Below, one piece after another: positions 33,940-42,645 of a stretch of 44,889 bases of DNA; within the stretch, counting starts at the first letter, position 1; each line of letters opens with the position of its first letter. Origin of the DNA: Candidatus Woesearchaeota archaeon. Its GTDB lineage: Archaea; Nanobdellota; Nanobdellia; Pacearchaeales; GW2011-AR1. The translations under genes and the position numbers were made by a program. The DNA is taken from NCBI GenBank assembly GCA_964655925.1, contig CAZZNU010000001.1:1-44889 (forward strand). Direction: 5' to 3'. The notes under the pieces were generated by a model, which worked only from the letters and a program-made list of their open reading frames with translations, had not been told where the DNA came from and ran no database searches.

Positions 33940-34520
33940 TAATAGTTTTCACACTGAATTTCATAATGTGCTTGTGGATGCTGACATGCAGGACATTCAT
34001 CTGGTGCCGTTGTCCCAATGTGAATATATCCACAATTCCTACACTTCCAAGAATATTCTTTTTCTCTTACAAACACTTTTCCTTCTTTTATATTTTCCAA
34101 TAGTTTTAGGTATCTTTTTTCGTGCTCTTTTTCAACTTTTGCTACCTCTTCAAATGATTTTGCTATTTCTTCAAATCCTTCTTCCCTAGCTATTTTTGCA
34201 AATTCTGGATACAAAGATTGCCACTCCTCATTTTCTCCATCTGCAGCAGACTGTAAATTTTCAATTGTATGCCCTATCCTTCCAGAAGGAAATGTTGCTG
34301 TAATCTCTAATGGTTCTCCTCCACAGTTATTTAGGTATTTAAAAAATACTTTTGCATGTTCTTTCTCGTTATCAGCTGTTTCTGTAAATATTGAAGAGAT
34401 TTGTTCATACCCTTCTTTTTTAGCTTGAGACGCAAAATAATTATAACGAGTCCTTGCCTGACTTTCTCCTGCAAATGCCTTCAATAATGACTTTTCTGTC
34501 TGACTTCCTTTAAGTTCCAT
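33939..34520 (-). CDS. rbr: Rubrerythrin
   Basis: Diiron four-helix-bundle motifs ([30 protein letters not shown]) and a C-terminal rubredoxin-like CRNCG...CPAC. The start at [10 protein letters not shown] is preferred. Confidence 0.9.
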   Translation of the reverse strand: MELKGSQTEKSLLKAFAGESQARTRYNYFASQAKKEGYEQISSIFTETADNEKEHAKVFFKYLNNCGGEPLEITATFPSGRIGHTIENLQSAADGENEEWQSLYPEFAKIAREEGFEEIAKSFEEVAKVEKEHEKRYLKLLENIKEGKVFVREKEYSWKCRNCGYIHIGTTAPDECPACQHPQAHYEIQCENY

Positions 34521-34570
34521 TACATACAAAAAAAACAAATCTTTTTATATTTTTCTATACTTTATACAAA

Positions 34571-35353
34571 ATGAAAAACATCTCAAACGATATCATTGGA
34601 AATATCCTTATCTTAAGGTTTCACAAAAAGACTCTTCTTTTTTTTAAAAAAATTTACGCCAAAAAATTTATTGATGGTAAAATCACAACAGTACTGGAGA
34701 AGCTAGATAATATTGAAGGTAAATATCGAATCCCAAAATTAAAACACCTAGTAGGAGAAAAGACTTTTGAAACAATTTACAAAGAAAATGGATGCATATT
34801 TAAATTAGACATTTCAAAAACTTATTTTTCATCAAGACTAAGCAATGAGAGAAATGTAATAAGTGAGGAAGTGGTAAAAATATGCAATAAAAGTAAGAAT
34901 AATCGAATATTAGTTATGTTTGCTGGAATTGCGCCTTACCCTATTGTAATAGCAAAAAAACTCACATTAAAAAAATATAAGTTTGAAATGTACTCCAATG
35001 AATTAAATAAAGATGCAAATTTTTACGCAAACATAAACGTTAAGTTAAACAAGGTGGGAAAAAATTTTAACTTTGTAAATGGGGACGCAAGTCGGTTAGA
35101 TCCTAAAAAAATTGGAAAATTTGATATCATTATAATGCCTCGTCCTAACCTAAAAAATACTTTTCTTAAAACTGCAATATCTCTTTCAAAAAGAGGAACT
35201 ACTATTTTCTATCACGGTTTTGGAACAAAAGAGAATGTATTAAATGAGATAAAAAAAGATACAATGGGTAAAATACAAAAGATTTCTATTAGAAAAGCTG
35301 GCGACATTGCACCACATAAATATCGTTGGCAAGCAATGTTTAAAGTAAAATAG
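34571..35353 (+). CDS. Class I SAM-dependent methyltransferase, Trm5/Taw2 (Met-10+) like
   Basis: FKLDISKTYFSSRLSNER, VMFAGIAPYPI (SAM motif I-like), NELN and IIMPRP match the Trm5/TYW2 pattern. Confidence 0.6.
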   Translation: MKNISNDIIGNILILRFHKKTLLFFKKIYAKKFIDGKITTVLEKLDNIEGKYRIPKLKHLVGEKTFETIYKENGCIFKLDISKTYFSSRLSNERNVISEEVVKICNKSKNNRILVMFAGIAPYPIVIAKKLTLKKYKFEMYSNELNKDANFYANINVKLNKVGKNFNFVNGDASRLDPKKIGKFDIIIMPRPNLKNTFLKTAISLSKRGTTIFYHGFGTKENVLNEIKKDTMGKIQKISIRKAGDIAPHKYRWQAMFKVK

Positions 35354-38300
35354 CTAAATCATTCTGGCTCTATGTATCTCACTAACTATTATATTGTTTC
35401 TATCTTCCTCTCCTTCGTTATACACTCCACTAATAACAACCCCATCCTCTTCTTCTAAGTTCATAACATGATAGAACTCTTCAAATGTTCTAGGAAATAT
35501 TACACATTCACATGAATCTTTTTTGTTTACTATCTTTAGAAACGCCATTGTATCTCCGTTTTTTGTTTTTATTTTTTTAAATTCTTCTACAAGGCCAAAC
35601 ACAGAGACACTTTCTTTATCTGTAAACTTAAAATTGTTTAAGGCCTTAGACCTTGATTCTACATACAAATCAATTAAGTTATAAGAGACACAAACACCCA
35701 CCAATTCTTTTTCAGATTCTATTATCTCTTTAATTGTCATCTTCTTAGGCAAATCTTCTTCTTTCTTTGTTGGTTCACCAAACAGTGTCGTCTGTTTATT
35801 ATGTTTTTTATTCTTGCTTTCCACTTCAGACAAAAGCTCCCCTCTGTTTATACCAAAATTATCAAAGCACCCTACAGATATTAAATTTTTTAAAACCCTT
35901 TTATTGACTTTTGATGCATCTATTTTTGCAACAAACTCTTTGTACGAATTATATGGTCTATTGGATAATATTGATTCTATCGCACTATTCCCAACATTTT
36001 TTATGCCTCCAAGACCAAATCTAATTATTTTTTTTCTACCCATCTGTTCAATATTAAAACCCACTAAAGATGTGTTAATATCTGGACCTAAGACATTTAT
36101 GTCCATATTTCTTGTTTCCTTCAAATATTTCCTCATTTTTTTTGTATCGCTCACACTTGAAGAAAGCACCGCTGCCATAAATTCTACCGGATAGTGTTTT
36201 TTAAGATACATTGTTCTATATGCCACTAGTGCATATGCTGCTGCATGACTTTTATTAAATGAGTAGTCAGCAAATTTTACAATATCATCCCATAATTTCT
36301 CAACATCACCCTTCTTCATTTTCGCAATAGATAAACATCCTTTTTTGAATTTTTCCTCCATACTTTTCATCAAATCCAATTTTTTCTTACCTATTGCTTT
36401 ACGCAATATATCCGCTTCAGACATACTAAATCCTGCTAACTTTTGAGCTAATTTCATAACCTGCTCTTGGTACACCATAATTCCATATGTTGAAGACAAA
36501 ATTTCTTCTGTTAACTTATGTGGATATATTACTCTTTCTTTTCCCTTTTTCCTATTAGCATAGACTTCTAAATACTGCATAGGTCCTGGCCTGTAAAGCG
36601 CAACTATTGCAATTATATCATCAAAATTTGTAGGTCCAACCATCTTCAATGATTTCTGCATTCCCTGACTTTCAAGCTGAAATATTCCAACACTATTTCC
36701 TTCTCTAAACATTTCGTACACACCATCATCATCTAATGGTATATTTTCAAACCAATTATCATCTTTCTCTATAAAATCTAAAACTTTTTTTGTTATATTT
36801 AATGTTTCAAGTCCTAGGAAGTCAAACTTTAGTAAACCAATGTCTTCTATTTCTCGTCCTTCTAACTGACTAACAATATATCCATCTCTTTCCATAACTG
36901 GCATATAATTTACAATTGGCTCCTTCCCCCAGACAACACCACAAGCATGGACTCCTTTGTGTCTGACACATCCTTCTAACCTCATTGCTATCTGAAATAT
37001 TTCTGGATATTCTTCTTTAAACCTATTTAATTCGGTATTTGACAATCTTCCAGAAGAACTCTTTTTTTCTAAACTTTCTTTAATTGTTTTTCCTTCAACA
37101 TACTCTGTTATTTTATTTGCTATATTAAATGGTATTTTAAAAACTCTCATTACATCCTTCAATACTGATTTGGCACTCATTGTTCCATATGTACCAATTA
37201 AAGCAACCTTATCTTCTCCATATTTTTCTTTTACATAATTTATAACTATATTTCTGTCTCCAAAATCAATATCAAAATCAGGCAAACTAATTCTTTCTGG
37301 ATTAAGAAATCTTTCAAATAATAAATCCAAATGTAATGGTTCTAGTTGAGTTATCCCCAATAAATATGCAACAATGCTTCCAGCTCCACTTCCTCTTCCT
37401 GGCCCTACTTGGCATTTTTTCTTAGCAGAAATTATAAAATCTTGCACTATCAAAAAATATGTAGAATATCCCATTTTTTTTATTACAGATAGCTCATACT
37501 CCATCCTTTCCCTTGCTTTTTCATAGTTACTTTTTCCACTATATATTTTTTCTAGGCTTTCTGTACATAGTTTTGTCAGATATTCATCATGACTGTAACC
37601 TTCTGGTGGCTCGTATTCTGGAAATATTGTTTCTCCTAATTCCAATTCCACATTACACATATCTGCTATTTTTTTCGTATTATCGAGTGCGTCTGGTCTA
37701 TCCGAAAATCTTTCAAACATTTCCTCTTTATTCATTAGGTAATACCCATCTCCATTAAATTGAAAGTGTTTTGGGTCATCTAAAAAACCATTAGTTTGTA
37801 TACACAACATAACTTCATGTGCTCTTGCATCCTCTTTTAATAAATAATGTGCATCGCACGCAGCAACTAAGTTTAGCCCATATTCTTCCGCCCATTTGTA
37901 GTATACATCTCTTACTTTTTTTTCATCTAAAATATTATGGTTTTGTACCTCTAAATAAAAATTATCTTTTCCAAATATTTCTAAATATTCATCTAAATTA
38001 CTTTTAGCTTTTTCAAGGTTGTCGTTCACAATCTCTGTTGCGATATCATTTGCCAAACATGCACTTGTACATATAAGACCTTCGCTATATTTCTTTAATA
38101 TATTTTTATCTATTCTTGGCTTGTAATAAAATCCCTCGCAAGATGCAATAGAGCTTAGCTTCATCAAGTTTTTGAAACCTATGTTATTCTTGGCTAACAA
38201 AACTAAATGTCCTCTATGTTCATTTTTATCCTTTACGCTTATATCTCTTACAACATATGCTTCCATTCCAAAAATCAATTTCACCCCTACTTTTTTTGCC

Positions 38301-41300
38301 TCTTGGTATTTATTTACAAACGACTCCATATTTCCATGTTCTGTAATAGCAACACTGTCCATCCCTAATTCTTTTACACGCTTAAATAAATCCTTAACCC
38401 TTATTGAACCATCTAAAAAACTAAACTCTGTATGTAAGTGTAGATGCACAAAGTCAACATCCTTAGCATCTTTTTTAGATTTTGTATTCTTGTCTTTTAC
38501 ATGTTCTTTTATATTCTCTTTGTTTTCAATATATTTTCTATCTATTTCTTCACTTTCTTCATTCAATTTTATCTGTTTATCAGAACCGAATATATCATGA
38601 ATATATTTTTGTGCTATATTTACACACTCAACAGTGTACTCACTAACATCATATTTCTTTGTTAACTCTATAGCCGTATCTAAATATTTTTTAATAGATG
38701 CGTATGATACCGTCATCAAAAGATTCCCTTCACACCTTCGGCAAGTTCCTATCAAAGGCACCCTACGATGTTTTAAACCACAAGAAGAGCATCTAAACTG
38801 CTGTTTAAAAAATCTTGATAAATTTCCTATAATATCTTTTAAAAAATGTTTTTCTATTATCATCTTAGCTACATTATCTTTGTCAACAGCCCTTATCTTT
38901 TCAGCCAACTCCATTTGTTTTTCTACTTTTTCCTTCATATTGTTTAGTAATTTATACATGCCATTTACTTCACCCTGATTTATATCAAATGTATCATGTG
39001 TAAATCCTATATTAGAAAAACAAGATATCTTTTTTTTCATTCTCTCTTTTACATTTTTATTTTTTACATTACTAGAATGTTCTTTATTTAGAGATTTTTC
39101 ATACAATTCTAAATCATATTTATCGGCTAAATCATATTCTAATATTTGATCATCTACTTCACCTGGATTAATCTTACTGTTTAAAATAAGTGGCGCATCT
39201 TGAGTTCCACCTCTATGCTTTGGTAAAAACTCTTTATTAAAATTTAACAAAACATCCATTAGCATCATCACACTCATTTCATCACCATCGCAATCTCTTC
39301 TAATGGCTGCATGCATGTACGGACTAGCCATTATCCCTTGCATTTGAGAAAAACCTATTATTCTTCCAACAACTCCTGCACAATTGTGGGGTGCCATACA
39401 GACAACTAATTGTCCTACTAAATCTTTTTTGCTTTTTACATTATAATATCTATCTAAAGAATAAATTTTTTCCAATTCTTCATCTATAAAATTACATATA
39501 TTAGAGAAAACATCAATAGATGACATACTTCCAGAATCGTTAAAACTTGATAGTACTATATCGTGCGGTTTTAATTCAATAATTTGTTCTTCTGAGATTA
39601 TTTCATTTCCATTTATGTCAATATTATATCCTATTTCTTTTAGTTTTTCTATAGATGCATTTATTTCTTTAGGTTTAAAATGAGTCAAAGGTACTTCTGT
39701 ACCATCATACCTAATCGTCCCATCTTTATTAACACCAAGATTATAGAGGCTTCTTAATATTCCTTTTCTAATATCTTCCTCTTTATCACATTTTTTCATT
39801 CCCCTAACAGAACTCAATATTTTTTTATCATATTTATTTTCTTCTATAAACTTCACAGCACTTATGTAGACTTTTGATGTTTGATTGACTGTTGACTGTT
39901 GACTGTTGACTGTTGACTGTAGACTGTTGACTGTTGACTGTTGACTGTAGACTGTTGACTGTAGACTGTTAACAGTAGATGTTACCGAATTAAATGTTGT
40001 TTTTCTCAGCCTTGCTTTTTCTGGGCGCCCCATCCTAGCCCCTATAAATTCTCCACTTTTATCTTTTATTTCATACTCAGCAAATTCGTTAATTAGTGCT
40101 AGAATATCTTTTCGTCTCTCTGACTTTGAAATTATATCTTCTAATTTATTTTCATTACTTCCAATGTTTATAAATAGAGATTTAGCAACATCTTTTTCTA
40201 TAACAACATTATCTAAAACAACTTCATGTGGGACTCCTAGTAATTCCAAACTTCTTTTGCCAACATTATACTTCTCTTTAGAAATATTCCCATACGGTAA
40301 TATAAATTTTTCCTCTATCCAATTTCCCTCTTTTATCCATATCAATAGTTTTACAAAATCTTCTACATCTATTTGGTTCCAAAAATAAATGAATTCTGGA
40401 TGCAATGGTATAGAATATTTTTTACTTATTCTTATAGCTAAATCTAAACTTATATCATTTTTATCGTACTCTATATAGTCATTAAGTATTTCCATTTTAT
40501 TTTTCAGGTCCAAATCCCACCATTCTTCTACATATGCAGACTTTAACAAAATAGAATTTCTATCAACCACATCCCCTAAAGACACTAACATATCTCCTAA
40601 ATAAATTATTTCTTCTGTTTCTTTGTAAAGTTTTTTCCCTTCTTCAAATGTTTTTATTTTTCTTACACTACCGTTTTTTAGTTTCACTATTGGTCCATCT
40701 ATACTATCACAAGAAGTGATAATTGCTCCCTTTATTGGTTTTTCAATTTTTAGTTGAGTCCCTAAAGATAAAAAACTATTACTAATACCCATCGTTGCTG
40801 GACTAATTGACACTGCACTAAATCCACTATTTCTACTTTTACCATATCTGAATCTAAAAGAACCACCTCTTGATGGATATCCAAAAATGGGTCTCCCTGC
40901 TACTAAATCTTTTATATAAACAGCATCCCCTGTATGTCCTTCAATAGACTTTGAGTGAATAAGAGAGTATTCTCCAAGATAATCAAATCCAGAAGATATT
41001 ATACCATGTTTTTTTACTTCTTTTAGTCTTGCTAGTGCCTTTTGTGCCTTTTGTGCTAATCCTTCACATAAAACTAAACACATGCCTCCACGAATTTTAT
41101 TCTCTGGCACTCTTTTTAAATTTCTATACTCACTAACTTCTATATTTTCTGTAGGCTCCCCGTCAATTTGAATTGGTATGTTTTTTACTAAAAATTTTAA
41201 TTCTTCTTCTGTTGGTAAATACTGCAAATTTGAGACTTTCTCATTATAATCTATACATTCTATATAGTATCTATTAATTTCTTCTTCTGTTGGAATATAT

Positions 41301-41896
41301 TTAGAATACTCGAAATGTTCCCTCAAATAATCTACAAGCATTAGAAAAACACATGTAGTCGTCGTTCCCGCACTTCTTATTGGTCCTGAAAATTTTACAT
41401 TGAAAAATTCCTTATTATCTTCTTTTACTAGAGTTAGTCCTGTATATCCCTCTATAGGACTAGCAACAACACCTAATGTTAAATAGGCAAATCCTATCCT
41501 TAGCCCAGCATCTATAGAATCAATTTTTTTATCGAAATTATAAAACTTGTTCTCGGCTATTTCTCTTGCTATTATAAAGGCTATCGTTGGATTTTGTTTC
41601 CCATATTTTTCTTCAAGTTCTTCTATTCTTTGACTAATTTCTTCTACAGGAAGGAAAGAATATATTGTTTTTATTAAATTTACACTTCTTTCAGCCACCG
41701 ACTTGGCTATTGGAATATCCACATCCAAAGAAAAGTCTATCCCTCTTTTTTTTGCTAAAAGTGCAACATCGTATGATTTTTTTATTTTATTATTCAATTC
41801 CTCAAAATATTCATCCTCATCCCAATATTTTACTCCCCTATCTTCTACCATTTTTAGAGAACTCAAAAATAATTTATATAGATTTTTATACAGCAA
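35354..41896 (-). CDS. Fusion protein: DNA polymerase D large subunit (DP2) + linker + bacterial-type DNA polymerase III alpha (DnaE)
   Basis: The DP2 part (about 38585-41896) has GARMGRPEKA, APHNCAGVVGRIIGF, AAIRRDCDGDE, RGGTQDAPL and FRCSSCG...CRRCEG. A 42-aa K/E-rich linker (38459-38584) has no Met and no stop. The DnaE part (35357-38458) has PHP motifs FVHLHLHTEFSFLDGS, ITEHGNM and ACDAHY, then GPGRGSGAGSIVAYLLGIT, LPDFDIDF, KFDFLGLETL, FNKSHAAAYA, a QTTLF clamp-type motif and a C-terminal OB fold. An alternative start is Met16 (41851). Confidence 0.85.
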   Translation of the reverse strand: MLYKNLYKLFLSSLKMVEDRGVKYWDEDEYFEELNNKIKKSYDVALLAKKRGIDFSLDVDIPIAKSVAERSVNLIKTIYSFLPVEEISQRIEELEEKYGKQNPTIAFIIAREIAENKFYNFDKKIDSIDAGLRIGFAYLTLGVVASPIEGYTGLTLVKEDNKEFFNVKFSGPIRSAGTTTTCVFLMLVDYLREHFEYSKYIPTEEEINRYYIECIDYNEKVSNLQYLPTEEELKFLVKNIPIQIDGEPTENIEVSEYRNLKRVPENKIRGGMCLVLCEGLAQKAQKALARLKEVKKHGIISSGFDYLGEYSLIHSKSIEGHTGDAVYIKDLVAGRPIFGYPSRGGSFRFRYGKSRNSGFSAVSISPATMGISNSFLSLGTQLKIEKPIKGAIITSCDSIDGPIVKLKNGSVRKIKTFEEGKKLYKETEEIIYLGDMLVSLGDVVDRNSILLKSAYVEEWWDLDLKNKMEILNDYIEYDKNDISLDLAIRISKKYSIPLHPEFIYFWNQIDVEDFVKLLIWIKEGNWIEEKFILPYGNISKEKYNVGKRSLELLGVPHEVVLDNVVIEKDVAKSLFINIGSNENKLEDIISKSERRKDILALINEFAEYEIKDKSGEFIGARMGRPEKARLRKTTFNSVTSTVNSLQSTVYSQQSTVNSLQSTVNSQQSTVNQTSKVYISAVKFIEENKYDKKILSSVRGMKKCDKEEDIRKGILRSLYNLGVNKDGTIRYDGTEVPLTHFKPKEINASIEKLKEIGYNIDINGNEIISEEQIIELKPHDIVLSSFNDSGSMSSIDVFSNICNFIDEELEKIYSLDRYYNVKSKKDLVGQLVVCMAPHNCAGVVGRIIGFSQMQGIMASPYMHAAIRRDCDGDEMSVMMLMDVLLNFNKEFLPKHRGGTQDAPLILNSKINPGEVDDQILEYDLADKYDLELYEKSLNKEHSSNVKNKNVKERMKKKISCFSNIGFTHDTFDINQGEVNGMYKLLNNMKEKVEKQMELAEKIRAVDKDNVAKMIIEKHFLKDIIGNLSRFFKQQFRCSSCGLKHRRVPLIGTCRRCEGNLLMTVSYASIKKYLDTAIELTKKYDVSEYTVECVNIAQKYIHDIFGSDKQIKLNEESEEIDRKYIENKENIKEHVKDKNTKSKKDAKDVDFVHLHLHTEFSFLDGSIRVKDLFKRVKELGMDSVAITEHGNMESFVNKYQEAKKVGVKLIFGMEAYVVRDISVKDKNEHRGHLVLLAKNNIGFKNLMKLSSIASCEGFYYKPRIDKNILKKYSEGLICTSACLANDIATEIVNDNLEKAKSNLDEYLEIFGKDNFYLEVQNHNILDEKKVRDVYYKWAEEYGLNLVAACDAHYLLKEDARAHEVMLCIQTNGFLDDPKHFQFNGDGYYLMNKEEMFERFSDRPDALDNTKKIADMCNVELELGETIFPEYEPPEGYSHDEYLTKLCTESLEKIYSGKSNYEKARERMEYELSVIKKMGYSTYFLIVQDFIISAKKKCQVGPGRGSGAGSIVAYLLGITQLEPLHLDLLFERFLNPERISLPDFDIDFGDRNIVINYVKEKYGEDKVALIGTYGTMSAKSVLKDVMRVFKIPFNIANKITEYVEGKTIKESLEKKSSSGRLSNTELNRFKEEYPEIFQIAMRLEGCVRHKGVHACGVVWGKEPIVNYMPVMERDGYIVSQLEGREIEDIGLLKFDFLGLETLNITKKVLDFIEKDDNWFENIPLDDDGVYEMFREGNSVGIFQLESQGMQKSLKMVGPTNFDDIIAIVALYRPGPMQYLEVYANRKKGKERVIYPHKLTEEILSSTYGIMVYQEQVMKLAQKLAGFSMSEADILRKAIGKKKLDLMKSMEEKFKKGCLSIAKMKKGDVEKLWDDIVKFADYSFNKSHAAAYALVAYRTMYLKKHYPVEFMAAVLSSSVSDTKKMRKYLKETRNMDINVLGPDINTSLVGFNIEQMGRKKIIRFGLGGIKNVGNSAIESILSNRPYNSYKEFVAKIDASKVNKRVLKNLISVGCFDNFGINRGELLSEVESKNKKHNKQTTLFGEPTKKEEDLPKKMTIKEIIESEKELVGVCVSYNLIDLYVESRSKALNNFKFTDKESVSVFGLVEEFKKIKTKNGDTMAFLKIVNKKDSCECVIFPRTFEEFYHVMNLEEEDGVVISGVYNEGEEDRNNIIVSEIHRARMI
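39882..39986 (+). repeat. Heptanucleotide array E (about 14 units) in frame inside the DP2 coding region
   Basis: The plus strand reads TGATTGA, CTGTTGA x4, CTGTAGA, CTGTTGA x3, CTGTAGA, CTGTTGA, CTGTAGA, CTGTTAA, CAGTAGA, TGTTACC. It is translated as TSTVNSLQSTVYSQQSTVNSLQSTVNSQQSTVNQ, a 7-aa period as expected for a 7-nt unit. Confidence 0.9.
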
Positions 41897-41985
41897 ACAT
41901 ACTATTAGAGCAAGACACTACTTTAAAGTCAAATTATATAAAAACATAATCATTTTTTCATATCCAATATTATGTATTTTTACAC

Positions 41986-42645
41986 TTACTTGAAAAGCTT
42001 CTCAAATTCTGCTTTTTGTGGTATATCATAAAAAAGTACTTCATTATTGACTATAACAACAGGATATTTATCTATTTCGTATTCAGATAAAATTGTATCT
42101 AGTGAAACCAATTCTTGATTTACAGCTATTGGTACTAAGATTATTTCATCCCCATATTCTTTTTTAATTTCACCTAGAAATTTAGACCATGTATTTTGAT
42201 AAGCTTGTTGAGTTAATTCTTTTGTCTCGTATTCATATAAATAAACAACGAGATTATAATTTGAACATTTATTAATCATAGAACCAGATATATCCCAAAG
42301 CATTGTTCTTAAAACATCATACTTTCTATGCACTATTTTTATATCATCAAAAATTTCAGAAAATTCTTCATATTTTTCTAGTAACTCAGCCTCTTTATAA
42401 ATTCTATTTGCCAACTTTATTGATTCTTCTTTAATAAAATCACATGTACTGTTTTCATCTATAAAGTTAGAGGCTAGATACATATCAAACATAGTTACCT
42501 GAGAATTAAGATACGCTTCATTCATTTCGTTAACGTTTTTACTTTCAATATTCATTCCAATTAATATTCCAAATACAAACACCATTATTGTAAATATGAA
42601 CGCTTCTAAAAATGTCCTTCTATTTTTTGATTCCATATCTACCAA
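41986..42645 (-). CDS. Hypothetical membrane-anchored protein
   Basis: 219 aa with one N-terminal TM helix (FLEAFIFTIMVFVFGILIGM) and a soluble C-terminal domain. It overlaps the GT2 gene by 7 nt, so the two are probably cotranscribed. Confidence 0.4.
   Translation of the reverse strand: MVDMESKNRRTFLEAFIFTIMVFVFGILIGMNIESKNVNEMNEAYLNSQVTMFDMYLASNFIDENSTCDFIKEESIKLANRIYKEAELLEKYEEFSEIFDDIKIVHRKYDVLRTMLWDISGSMINKCSNYNLVVYLYEYETKELTQQAYQNTWSKFLGEIKKEYGDEIILVPIAVNQELVSLDTILSEYEIDKYPVVIVNNEVLFYDIPQKAEFEKLFK

Noticed and set aside
38450-38461. A single GTTGACT heptamer unit on the coding strand exactly at the linker/DnaE junction (GAT GTT GAC TTT).
   Set aside because: A single 7-mer is expected several times by chance in 45 kb. 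There is no tandem copy, so it gives no evidence that the repeat family mediated the fusion.
39882-39986. The heptamer arrays (also 7964-8033, 12060-12101, 12508-12556, 12634-12675) considered as a CRISPR array.
   Set aside because: The period is 7 nt with no spacers, no repeats of 24-48 nt and no cas genes. They are microsatellite-type tandem repeats.
35354-41896. The DnaE half, or the repeat tract, considered as an intein or intein remnant in DP2.
   Set aside because: DnaE is appended after the complete DP2 C-terminal zinc module rather than inserted. I saw no Hint-type blocks (N-terminal Cys/Ser nucleophile context, TxxH, terminal HN plus nucleophile) flanking either segment.
1379-41993. 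The remaining short track ORFs nested inside or antisense to larger genes. Examples are 1379..1759, 1907..2143, 3756..4076, 5193..5420, 5553..5789, 8859..9191, 8974..9180, 9598..9786, 10684..10911, 11455..11664, 12977..13195, 13373..13762, 16435..16749, 16494..16691, 18201..18389 and 21082..21525. Further examples are 21557..21742, 23635..23877, 25015..25209, 26592..26804, 26928..27137, 27436..27630, 27923..28117, 28348..28722, 29144..29377, 31476..31805, 31750..31962, 33848..34189, 35814..36194, 37513..38978, 40164..40388 and 41665..41993.
   Set aside because: Each lies within a longer ORF that has clear family motifs or a coherent membrane or secreted architecture. Their products are low-complexity (F/L/S/I-rich), as expected for out-of-frame readings of AT-rich genes.
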